Shown here piece by piece: positions 8,632 through 16,292 of a stretch of 32,000 nt of DNA (the stretch's first letter is position 1; every line of letters starts with the position of its first letter). This DNA comes from Candidatus Thalassarchaeaceae archaeon. Its GTDB lineage: Archaea > Thermoplasmatota > Poseidoniia > Poseidoniales > Thalassarchaeaceae. The translations under genes were made by a program, and so were the position numbers. Location of the stretch: assembly GCA_045568075.1 (NCBI GenBank), contig JBJLBP010000001.1, positions 1,380,001-1,412,000 of the forward strand, given 5' to 3'. The notes under the pieces were generated by a model. The model saw nothing but the letters and a program-made list of their open reading frames with translations, did no database searches and was not told the DNA's origin.

Positions 8632-9561
8632 ATGTCCGACGAAGTCCGCAATGCCATCATCATCGGTTCGGGACCGGCGGGATATACTGCAGGACTGTAT
8701 TCGGCCCGAGCGATGCTTGAACCTCTGATGTTTGCAGGCTACGCCTCTGGCGGTCAATTGATGCTAACTTCCGACGTCGAAAACTTCCCTGGCTACCCGC
8801 AAGGGATTGGAGGTCCAGATATGATGATTCAGTTGCGCGAGCAGGCTGAGAGATTCGGACTCGAGGTGCATGACAAGAATGTCGAGCGCGTCGATGTTAG
8901 CGAGCGCCCGTTCAAGGTCTGGGTCGAAGGAGAGGAATTCCGTGCTCAGACCTTGATTATCTGTACTGGTGCTGAAGCAATTTGGCTAGGTGTCGAAGGA
9001 GAGGATGCTCAGAAGGGTCGTGGAATTAGCACCTGTGCTACTTGTGATGGAGCATTTTTCCGAGATGAGGAGATTATCGTTGTCGGCGGTGGCGATTCAG
9101 CGATGGAAGAAGCAACATTCCTCACGCGGTTTGCAAGCAAGGTTACCATCGTCCACCGGCGTGATGTTTTCCGCGCATCGAAAGTAATGTACGACCGTGC
9201 AGCTGTACATCCCAAAATCGAGATCAAGACCTTTCGCTCAGTAAAACAGTGGTTATCTGATGAAAATGGCCTAACTGGTGCACTGCTCGAAGACCCACGA
9301 GATGGTTCAACTGAGGAAATCGCTTGTAACGGAGCGTTCATCGCTATCGGTCATACTCCGATTACCTCGTTCCTTGAAGGTCAAGTTGAGATCGATGAAT
9401 CAGGTTACATCTTGCATCATGAACACACGATGACCAGCGTCCCGGGTGTATTCGCAGCCGGTGATGTCGTCGATACTCGATACCGACAGGCGGTTACTGC
9501 AGCAGGAATGGGCTGTCAGGCAGCTATCGACGCAGAACGATGGCTGGAAGATCAGCACTGA
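8632..9561 (+). CDS. trxB: thioredoxin-disulfide reductase
   Basis: Start placed at the ATG at 8632, preceded by GGTGAGGT. FAD motif IIGSGPAGYTAG, redox-active CATCDGAFF, NADPH motif VVGGGDSAMEEA, and C-terminal GVFAAGDV. Confidence 0.9.
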   Translation: MSDEVRNAIIIGSGPAGYTAGLYSARAMLEPLMFAGYASGGQLMLTSDVENFPGYPQGIGGPDMMIQLREQAERFGLEVHDKNVERVDVSERPFKVWVEGEEFRAQTLIICTGAEAIWLGVEGEDAQKGRGISTCATCDGAFFRDEEIIVVGGGDSAMEEATFLTRFASKVTIVHRRDVFRASKVMYDRAAVHPKIEIKTFRSVKQWLSDENGLTGALLEDPRDGSTEEIACNGAFIAIGHTPITSFLEGQVEIDESGYILHHEHTMTSVPGVFAAGDVVDTRYRQAVTAAGMGCQAAIDAERWLEDQH

Positions 9562-9576
9562 TTTAGGGCGATAATT

Positions 9577-9608
9577 GGCTTCGATAGGCAACTTGCCAAG
9601 CCGAAGCC
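9577..9608 (+). promoter_or_regulatory. imperfect stem-loop (GGCTTCG...CGAAGCC with inner GGCA/TGCC) ending 3 nt before the moeB-like ATG
   Basis: Outer 7-bp arms at 9577-9583 and 9602-9608, plus an inner 4-bp stem, read directly. It may terminate trxB or occlude the downstream initiation region. Confidence 0.3.
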
Positions 9609-9611
9609 ACC

Positions 9612-10787
9612 ATGAATGAGTCGTCTTTCCTCATGTGCGTGCCAGATGAACTGACTGCGGCCGAACGCGCCCGATACGCACGTCATCTGATGCTCCCAGA
9701 GATGGGGGAAGAGGGTCAGAAGCGCCTACTCGAAGCCTCTGTGATGGTCATCGGAGCTGGAGGTTTGGGGTCTCCGGCGCTTCTGTATCTAGCTGCTGCA
9801 GGTATCGGACGCATCGGCATCATCGATGACGATCGCGTCGATATCACAAATTTGCAGCGGCAGGTAATCCACGCCACCGCCTCCGTAGGATCACTCAAGG
9901 TCGAATCAGCGGCTATCAGAATCAATCAGTTGAATCCGGAAGTCGAGGTAGTAAAGCACGAAGTTAGACTCAATGTCGAAAATGCGCTCGAATTACTTGC
10001 GGGATACGATGTCATCATTGATGGAACCGACAACTTCCCCACTCGTTACACAGTGAGCGACGCATGTGAAATCCTAGGGACTCCGTGGGTCTTCGGAAGC
10101 ATCCACCGATTTGAGGGGCAAGTCAGCGTCTTCAATCACGAAGGTGGGCCCAATTATCGTGATTTATTCCCTAGCGCTCCACCTCCTGAACTTGCTCCGA
10201 ATTGCGCGGAGGCGGGAGTTCTCGGAGTTCTACCTGGAATCGTTGGCAGCATTCAGGCTGCCGAGGCGATCAAACTGATTCTTGCTGTTGGTGAGCCTCT
10301 CTCGGGCCAATTGCTCGCGATTGATGCTAAGACAATGAGGATGCGAGCGCTAACATTTGAGCGAGATGCGAACCGCGAGGCAGTTAGAGAAATGTCAGAA
10401 GAGCTGGTAATGGCAGCGTGTGCAAGTCAGCAAGGTGAGCCAGAGCCAGCACCAGGTGAAGTTCTGGAGATTACGCCCGCCGACTTTGTCCAGAGGAAAA
10501 CTTCTGGTTGGAATCCATTCCTACTCGATGTTAGGCGGGCAACTGAGGAATCGATTGTATCCTTGCCAGAAACCGACCTACGAATCACACACATTTCTGT
10601 CCCATCACGCTCAGAGGAGATTCCACAAGATCGTGATATCGTTGTCTATTGCCGAGTTGGTGGCCGATCGAACGCTGTTGCGCACTGGCTGGGGCAGGCA
10701 GGCTGGAACCGTGCACGAATCTGGAACATGGTTGGTGGGGTTCATCTCTGGGCTGATCAAGTAGATTCGGCGGTTCCCAAGTATTGA
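9612..10787 (+). CDS. moeB: ThiF/MoeB-family adenylyltransferase with C-terminal rhodanese domain (MoeZ/UbaA-like E1)
   Basis: 391 aa. RYARHLMLPEMGEEGQKRL, nucleotide loop VIGAGGLGSPALLYLAAAGIG, DDDRVDITNLQRQ. The C-terminal rhodanese region has the active-site loop VVYCRVGGRS. Confidence 0.85.
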   Translation: MNESSFLMCVPDELTAAERARYARHLMLPEMGEEGQKRLLEASVMVIGAGGLGSPALLYLAAAGIGRIGIIDDDRVDITNLQRQVIHATASVGSLKVESAAIRINQLNPEVEVVKHEVRLNVENALELLAGYDVIIDGTDNFPTRYTVSDACEILGTPWVFGSIHRFEGQVSVFNHEGGPNYRDLFPSAPPPELAPNCAEAGVLGVLPGIVGSIQAAEAIKLILAVGEPLSGQLLAIDAKTMRMRALTFERDANREAVREMSEELVMAACASQQGEPEPAPGEVLEITPADFVQRKTSGWNPFLLDVRRATEESIVSLPETDLRITHISVPSRSEEIPQDRDIVVYCRVGGRSNAVAHWLGQAGWNRARIWNMVGGVHLWADQVDSAVPKY

Positions 10788-10797
10788 AGGTTATTTC

Positions 10798-11001
10798 AAT
10801 AGTGGTGAAATAACACTTAATGGCCTCTTTAATTGTGGTTATTCTGCGAATTTGAAGGCAATATACTCGTTTAGCCATAGTTTCTTGCGTATTAGTGGTG
10901 AATAATACAAGCAGACACCTTTTGAATTGTGGTGAAAATAGAGCGAATACGCTGTAATTATGGTGTTGCAACATTAGCAGGCGCTCCGATAGTGGTGCGA
11001 A
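10798..11001 (+). repeat. six direct copies of an AATWGTGGTGAAA-like motif in the moeB-E1 intergenic region
   Basis: Copies read directly: AATAGTGGTGAAA (10798), AATTGTGGTTATT (10831), ATTAGTGGTGAAT (10891), AATTGTGGTGAAA (10925), AATTATGGTGTTG (10956), GATAGTGGTGCGA (10988). Core-to-core spacings are 33, 60, 34, 31 and 32 bp. All copies share one orientation. Confidence 0.7.
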
Positions 11002-11053
11002 TGGGAGCCGTGCAGCGATTCTTTGTTGTACTAGTGCCATACTGGAGACATCC

Positions 11054-13915
11054 ATGACCGGTCGCCGCGGAATCTGGCGCTGCCCCTCTTGTAGCAAGCA
11101 TCAGACCTGGAAATCCCGTGACCAATCGACAACGCGACTCGACCGAAAGTGCATCTCTTGCGAACAACGAATCAGAGTAACACTCGATCGTTCAAACAGC
11201 GGTCGCGGACGTAAACAGCAAGCTCAAGTCTGGGAGCGACCGACTGAGACCTCGCTAGAAGAGTTGCAACAAGAAGTATCCCTACGAGACTCAGGTGAAA
11301 CGATTGCAGACTCCCGAACGGAGAGAGCAGGGCCCTCCAACCAGCAAGACCTACCGCCACTCTGGGGCGCAGGATGGAGTCCAAGACAAGCGCTAGAGTT
11401 CGCTGCCCCACTACCAAACGATACAGCTCGCTCTGAAATGATGCGATTCCTCATCGAAAGATACGATGGTCATGTCGAGTCGGCGTTCGAATGCTGGAAC
11501 TCCCTCAACCCCCCAGAGCGCTTCAACGGGCCGTCCTTCCATGAGTTTAGCCAATCATTCTGCGATGCTTACTCGCAAGTGCTGAGCGAGCGAGTCTACG
11601 AGCCAGGTCTTGCCGGGCTCGCTCAGGAAGAAATCATTCCCCGTCGGAGCGGTTCATTCTACCTCGACAGGCGCGCAGTGCGCATGATGCGTGATGTCGC
11701 GTTATGCTTGCGACGAATGGCCCACATCGCTGCAGTGACTGTCGAACAACGTTTCGAATGGCAGCGATGGATGCACCGTACCCGCGCCCTCGACGAGCAC
11801 CTCAAGGAGCTCTTCATGAATGGAGTTCCGACTCCTGACGGAGGGACATTCGGAGGCAAGGGATTCCGCTCGACTTGGCAGGAAGGTGTCGTAGCTTGTG
11901 CAACATCAATGACTCGCGCAATAGACATCCCTGCTGAATCAATCGACGAGGCCGACGTCATCGCCCCGATGATTCGCGACGTCGGACTTGCCCTATCGAT
12001 GGGCCAAACTCCTCTCGAAATTTTCAATGCCCAAGTGGGCAAGTCCACATCCTACATGGACGGAGGCATTGAAGGAGCAGGAGGGAGAGACCTCCATGTT
12101 GGAAATTGGAGCAAGAGAGTCTTACCACCAACCGCTCCACTTCCGATTGCCAGCGCCACAGCAACCGGCATTGCGCTGGCATCCAGCAGACTCTCAGTAC
12201 CTCGCTTCCACCTCGCACCAGTAGGTGAAGGATGCAGTAGTAGCGGCGAGTTCTGGGAAGCGATTAACCTCGCCGGCGCCCGAGGCCTACCGATAGCATA
12301 CATGATTCAAAACAATCAGATTGCCCTCGACACATTCACCGTCAGTCAATCTGGAGCCGAGACCTTCGGAGACAAGGGGCACTCAATGGGAATCCCTGCT
12401 TGGACTATCGATGGAGCCGACCCCGCGCAATTTCACGCATCAACTGCCGCAGCAAGAGAATACGCCCTCGACGGTTGCGGGGCCACGCTAATCCATGTCG
12501 AAACGATGCGTGGATGCGGACACGCCCATCATCACGACGACCTCTACCTTGGAGCAGTCAGCGGCAATCCACCCGGCTACGTCGATCGCGAATTACTGAC
12601 CTATTGGGCAGAGAAAGACCCTCTTCCAAACCATCGCGAGCACCTCATCCGCCTAGGTGTCAGTGAGCGGCGCCTCGCGCAAATGGAGGCAGAAGAGCAA
12701 GCGGTCGTCGACGCAGCACGCCAAGAAATGGAAGCGGCGGCTTGGCCTGAAGGTAATTCAGTCACAGCAGGAATCACCTCAATCCACGATGCGGCAACCC
12801 ACTCAGAGCAATACGACCGCTTCGGAGTAAGTCTGCCCGGACCTGATTCAGAAGTCTCCGCAGGCGATGTCGAAATCGAATTCTCTGACGCTCCAAACTC
12901 CTGGACTTACAGTAAAGCAATCCAAAATGGAATGGTTGCATTGGCCGACAAGTACGGCGATTCCATGGTTTTCATGGGCGAAGACATGGAAATCGCCGGT
13001 GCCTTTGGGATGAATCTTCCACTCAAAGCCCGAGGTCATTCAGACAAACTTCTCGATATGCCCTTGTCCGAGGCCATCATCATCCATTCGGCCACTGGAG
13101 CGGCTCTCGGCGGTCTCCGACCGGTCGCAGAAATCCAATTTGGCGGATTCGCCGCACTAGCAATGAATCCGCTGATAAATAACGCAGCCCAACTCCGATG
13201 GCGTTGGGGCGCAGAAGTACCGCTTACAGTCAGAATCCCACTCGGAGCAAAAACCCGTAGCGGCCCCTTCCATGCCAATATGATCGAGTCCTGGTTCGCC
13301 AACGACCCCGGGCTCGTCATTCTCTTCCCATCAAACCCACAAGATGCCTATGATCTCCTTGTAGAAGGCCACGCACTAAACGACCCAGTAGTCTTCCTCG
13401 AACACATCGGACTCTACGGATTGCGTGGTGGACAGACGGGTTGGGGAGACTCGATTAACCAGATTGTCGATACAAAATCGGTTCATGAACGCCTCGCGCG
13501 GGCAGAAACAAGCATCGGCAAAGCTCGCGTAGTCCGAGGCGGCAAAGACCTCTCAATCGTCACTTGGGGAGCGATGGTACACGTAGCTCTCGAAGCCGCT
13601 GCGGCTGCCGCCAAGCGAGGCATAGAAGCAGAAATCATTGACCTCAGAACTCTGCAACCCTTCGATGCACAGACCTGTATCGATTCAGTGCGAAGAACAG
13701 GTCGTCTGATTGTCCTACAAGAGGCGCAGTACACCGGAGGTTTGGGCCATACAGTGAGCAGTCGTATCCTTGAAGAAGCGTTTTGGAACCTCGAAAATGC
13801 ACCTGTAGTAATCGGCGCTTTGGACACCCCCGTTCCATTCTCACCACCACTCGAAGACCACACGATACCCACCGCAGAACTGGTAGTCCGACACATCAGG
13901 CGAATGTGCGAATAA
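11054..13915 (+). CDS. fused 2-oxoacid dehydrogenase E1 component (alpha + beta) with N-terminal zinc-ribbon extension
   Basis: 953-aa ORF. CPSC-x19-CISC zinc ribbon at residues 10-36. E1-alpha TPP motif GEGCSSSGEF...MIQNNQIAL and MRGCGHAHHHDD. E1-beta/transketolase-like half: FMGEDMEIAGAFG, MPLSEAIIIHSATGAALGGLRPVAEIQF, PFHANMIESWF, VVFLEH. GGAGA lies 7 nt upstream of the ATG. A later internal start cannot be excluded. Confidence 0.8.
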   Translation: MTGRRGIWRCPSCSKHQTWKSRDQSTTRLDRKCISCEQRIRVTLDRSNSGRGRKQQAQVWERPTETSLEELQQEVSLRDSGETIADSRTERAGPSNQQDLPPLWGAGWSPRQALEFAAPLPNDTARSEMMRFLIERYDGHVESAFECWNSLNPPERFNGPSFHEFSQSFCDAYSQVLSERVYEPGLAGLAQEEIIPRRSGSFYLDRRAVRMMRDVALCLRRMAHIAAVTVEQRFEWQRWMHRTRALDEHLKELFMNGVPTPDGGTFGGKGFRSTWQEGVVACATSMTRAIDIPAESIDEADVIAPMIRDVGLALSMGQTPLEIFNAQVGKSTSYMDGGIEGAGGRDLHVGNWSKRVLPPTAPLPIASATATGIALASSRLSVPRFHLAPVGEGCSSSGEFWEAINLAGARGLPIAYMIQNNQIALDTFTVSQSGAETFGDKGHSMGIPAWTIDGADPAQFHASTAAAREYALDGCGATLIHVETMRGCGHAHHHDDLYLGAVSGNPPGYVDRELLTYWAEKDPLPNHREHLIRLGVSERRLAQMEAEEQAVVDAARQEMEAAAWPEGNSVTAGITSIHDAATHSEQYDRFGVSLPGPDSEVSAGDVEIEFSDAPNSWTYSKAIQNGMVALADKYGDSMVFMGEDMEIAGAFGMNLPLKARGHSDKLLDMPLSEAIIIHSATGAALGGLRPVAEIQFGGFAALAMNPLINNAAQLRWRWGAEVPLTVRIPLGAKTRSGPFHANMIESWFANDPGLVILFPSNPQDAYDLLVEGHALNDPVVFLEHIGLYGLRGGQTGWGDSINQIVDTKSVHERLARAETSIGKARVVRGGKDLSIVTWGAMVHVALEAAAAAAKRGIEAEIIDLRTLQPFDAQTCIDSVRRTGRLIVLQEAQYTGGLGHTVSSRILEEAFWNLENAPVVIGALDTPVPFSPPLEDHTIPTAELVVRHIRRMCE

Positions 13916-14009
13916 TGGAACGTAAGTGAGAGAATGATGAGGTGTCGTGCATGCGAGTAACGGGAATGAACTCAAACATCATGAGCGAGGCGCGGAGGAC
14001 GTGATAGCG

Positions 14010-14951
14010 ATGCTTGACTCCGACCCCGGATTGGTCCTCATCGGCTTTGCCCTACTCATGATTGGAGGCGAAGGCGTTGTTCAAGGTGCAATCAAGATAG
14101 CATACAGGCTGAATGTGCCACCACTTCTAGTAGGATTCACCATCGTTGCGATTGGAACCTCTCTCCCGGAGTTGGCTGTGGCTCTCGAAGCGGTGGCTCA
14201 AGGAGAGCCTGACATTGCGGTCGGTGGCGTGTTGGGCTCAAATGTTGCGAATGTATTGCTGGTTCTTGGAACCGCCTGCATGCTGGGTTCAGGTAGTGAT
14301 GCAGGCGCAGGACTGCGCCGCGATGCAATGGCTGTAATCGTGGCGACAGTGCTGTTGACCGCCTTCGTCTATCTAGGACGAATCCCATATGAAGGCGGCA
14401 TCATCATGCTGCTCCTTTTGGTTAGTTACTACGCCTATTCCTATCTTTATTCCAAAGGAAAGAGTGAGGATGAGGAAGAAGAGGATACATGGTTACCTGA
14501 CAACATGATTCTCGCCATCGCGGCAACCATCGCTGGCGGGATGATGATCTGGCAAGGAGCGGTGCTCTTGCTCGATGGAGCAACTGGATTGGCGGAGGCA
14601 TATGGCATCCCTGACACGGTCATCGGTTTGTCTATGGTCGCTCTTGGTACATCTCTGCCTGAATTGGCTGTAACTCTGATTGCTGCGCTACGGAATCAAG
14701 GAGGAGTCGCCGTCGGTAATGTCCTCGGTTCGAACGTAATCAACATCCTCGGAATCCTTGGTACCGCCTCGGTAGTTGGAGATGGTATCGATATCGCTGC
14801 TGAATTCGCAGGACGAGATATCTGGGTGGTTATCCTGACTTCCGGATTGGTTGCTGCGATGCTCCTTGATGATCGTGAAATCGGTAGGCGTGTCGGGGCT
14901 ACAATGGTTGTTGGTTACCTATCGTACATGTCATTCCTGTACTTCGGTTGA
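14010..14951 (+). CDS. Ca2+/cation antiporter (CaCA/YrbG family)
   Basis: Two alpha-repeat motifs, GTSLPELAVAL...GSNVANVLLVLG and GTSLPELAVTL...GSNVINILGILG, separated by an acidic loop. Start placed at the ATG at 14010; the listed 13947 start is a GTG. Confidence 0.85.
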   Translation: MLDSDPGLVLIGFALLMIGGEGVVQGAIKIAYRLNVPPLLVGFTIVAIGTSLPELAVALEAVAQGEPDIAVGGVLGSNVANVLLVLGTACMLGSGSDAGAGLRRDAMAVIVATVLLTAFVYLGRIPYEGGIIMLLLLVSYYAYSYLYSKGKSEDEEEEDTWLPDNMILAIAATIAGGMMIWQGAVLLLDGATGLAEAYGIPDTVIGLSMVALGTSLPELAVTLIAALRNQGGVAVGNVLGSNVINILGILGTASVVGDGIDIAAEFAGRDIWVVILTSGLVAAMLLDDREIGRRVGATMVVGYLSYMSFLYFG

Positions 14952-15069
14952 ACATCGGCTTCACGAACTCCCACCCCCTAAATCAGACGCACTCTAGGTG
15001 TCTTCACTGTGCATCCACTACCGAATAAGCGGTGCGAACGGCTAAGGCGGAAGGACCGCTGGCGGGTTC

Positions 15070-16218
15070 ATGGCAGACTTCGCATTGTCCGAGGAACAGG
15101 AGATGTTGCGCGAACTCGCCCATGAGTTCGCAAGGGATTCCGTCAGACCTCATGCTGAACACTGGGATACTAATTCCGAGTTCCCAATTGAAGCGATTAC
15201 TGAGGCCCATTCACTTGGCCTGACCAATCTTCACATTCCTGCTGAATACGGAGGCATGGGTATGGGGATTCTCGACGAAGTATTGGTCTCTGAGGAATTC
15301 TCTTGGGGAGATCCCGGTTTTAGCACAGCAGCATATTCCAATGGTTTGACAGTTGGCCCCATCATTACTGGAGGCACAGAAGAGCAGAAAGTGGAGTATC
15401 TCGGTCGATTGGTAAAAGATCCAAAGATTGCTTCCTATTGTGTAACCGAACCGGGTGCAGGAAGTGATGTCGCAGGCATCCAAACCACAGCAGTACGGGA
15501 TGGCGATCACTACATTCTGAACGGTCAGAAAATGTGGATTACAGGCGCAGGGCAAGCCGACTGGTTCTTCGTCCTAGCATACACTGACAGATCTGCAGGA
15601 TACAAAGGGATGAGCGCATTCATTGTTGAGAGTTCTTGGGATGGAGTATCTCTAGGAAAGAAAGAAAACAACATGGGGCAAAGAGCATCAGACACTCGAG
15701 CAGTAATCTTCGAAGACGTCCATGTACCTGTCGAGAACCTTGTCGGAGGCGTCGAAGGAAAAGGCTGGTTTAACGCCATGAAGGCCTTCGACCTATCTCG
15801 TCCTAACGTCGCTGCTCAAGCAGTTGGATGTTCCAGAGCAGCATTCGAATATGCCCTACAATACGCTGACGAACGCAAGACCTTCGGAAAGAAATTACAC
15901 GAGCATCAAGCAATTCAGTTCATGCTCGCTGACATGAAGACCAAAATCGAAGCCAGTAGAATGCTAACTTGGCGCACCGCATGGGAAGCAGATAATGGAA
16001 TCAAAAATACCGAAAGTGCCGCTCACGCAAAGCGCTTCGCAGCTGATTCTTGTATGGAGATAACAACCGATGCGGTGCAAGTTTTCGGAGGCTATGGTTA
16101 CTCAGAAGAATACCCAGTGGCACGACTTATGCGCGCAGCAAAGGTTCTGCAAATCTACGAAGGAAGCAGCCAGGTGCAGCGTATGATCATCGGCCGTGAG
16201 ATGACTCGCAGCCTCTGA
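15070..16218 (+). CDS. acyl-CoA dehydrogenase (short/medium-chain type)
   Basis: 382 aa. CVTEPGAGSDVAG, KMWITGAG, and C-terminal QVFGGYGYSEEYPVARLMRAAKVLQIYEGSSQVQR with the catalytic Glu context YEG. Confidence 0.95.
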   Translation: MADFALSEEQEMLRELAHEFARDSVRPHAEHWDTNSEFPIEAITEAHSLGLTNLHIPAEYGGMGMGILDEVLVSEEFSWGDPGFSTAAYSNGLTVGPIITGGTEEQKVEYLGRLVKDPKIASYCVTEPGAGSDVAGIQTTAVRDGDHYILNGQKMWITGAGQADWFFVLAYTDRSAGYKGMSAFIVESSWDGVSLGKKENNMGQRASDTRAVIFEDVHVPVENLVGGVEGKGWFNAMKAFDLSRPNVAAQAVGCSRAAFEYALQYADERKTFGKKLHEHQAIQFMLADMKTKIEASRMLTWRTAWEADNGIKNTESAAHAKRFAADSCMEITTDAVQVFGGYGYSEEYPVARLMRAAKVLQIYEGSSQVQRMIIGREMTRSL

Positions 16219-16233
16219 ACAGCCCAAAGGGCT
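16219..16233 (+). terminator. short GC hairpin CAGCCC-AAA-GGGCTG immediately after the acyl-CoA dehydrogenase stop
   Basis: Perfect 6-bp stem with a 3-nt loop, read directly. There is no following T-tract, so terminator function is uncertain. Confidence 0.25.
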
Positions 16234-16292
16234 GCCTGCTCACAAGACCGTGCCCTTGAAATCGGAGTCGCGAGACCCCGGGTTAGATATCC

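Noticed and set aside
10798-11001. The repeat array considered as a CRISPR array or a replication origin
   Set aside because: The repeat units are only 10-13 bp and degenerate, far shorter than CRISPR repeats, and no cas genes are present. An origin is not supported here either: there is no orc1/cdc6 gene, no long AT-rich unwinding element that I can see, and no match to the ORB consensus I remember. I kept it as a phased protein-binding array instead.
10585-11097. 170-aa minus-strand ORF spanning the repeat-containing intergenic region
   Set aside because: It overlaps the 3' end of the moeB-like gene and the 5' end of the E1 gene. It has no recognisable motifs, and its middle is simply the translated repeat array. 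It is probably a chance ORF.
13947-14009. Upstream extensions of listed ORFs at non-ATG or poorly placed starts (13947 GTG, 28689 GTG, 27558, 7008, 7457, 8599, 20242 TTG)
   Set aside because: In each case an internal ATG gives the canonical family N-terminus or signal peptide. These ATGs are often preceded by an SD-like GAGGT/GGTG element, and they remove overlaps with the preceding gene. The start calls remain uncertain by a few codons.
15024-15041. AATAAGCGGTGCGAACGG upstream of the acyl-CoA dehydrogenase, and AATTGTGGCGG (minus strand, 22501-22511), considered as extra copies of the intergenic motif
   Set aside because: The shared cores are 8-9 nt. About one chance match of that length is expected in 64 kb of two-strand sequence. 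They cannot be called sites without a genome-wide scan.
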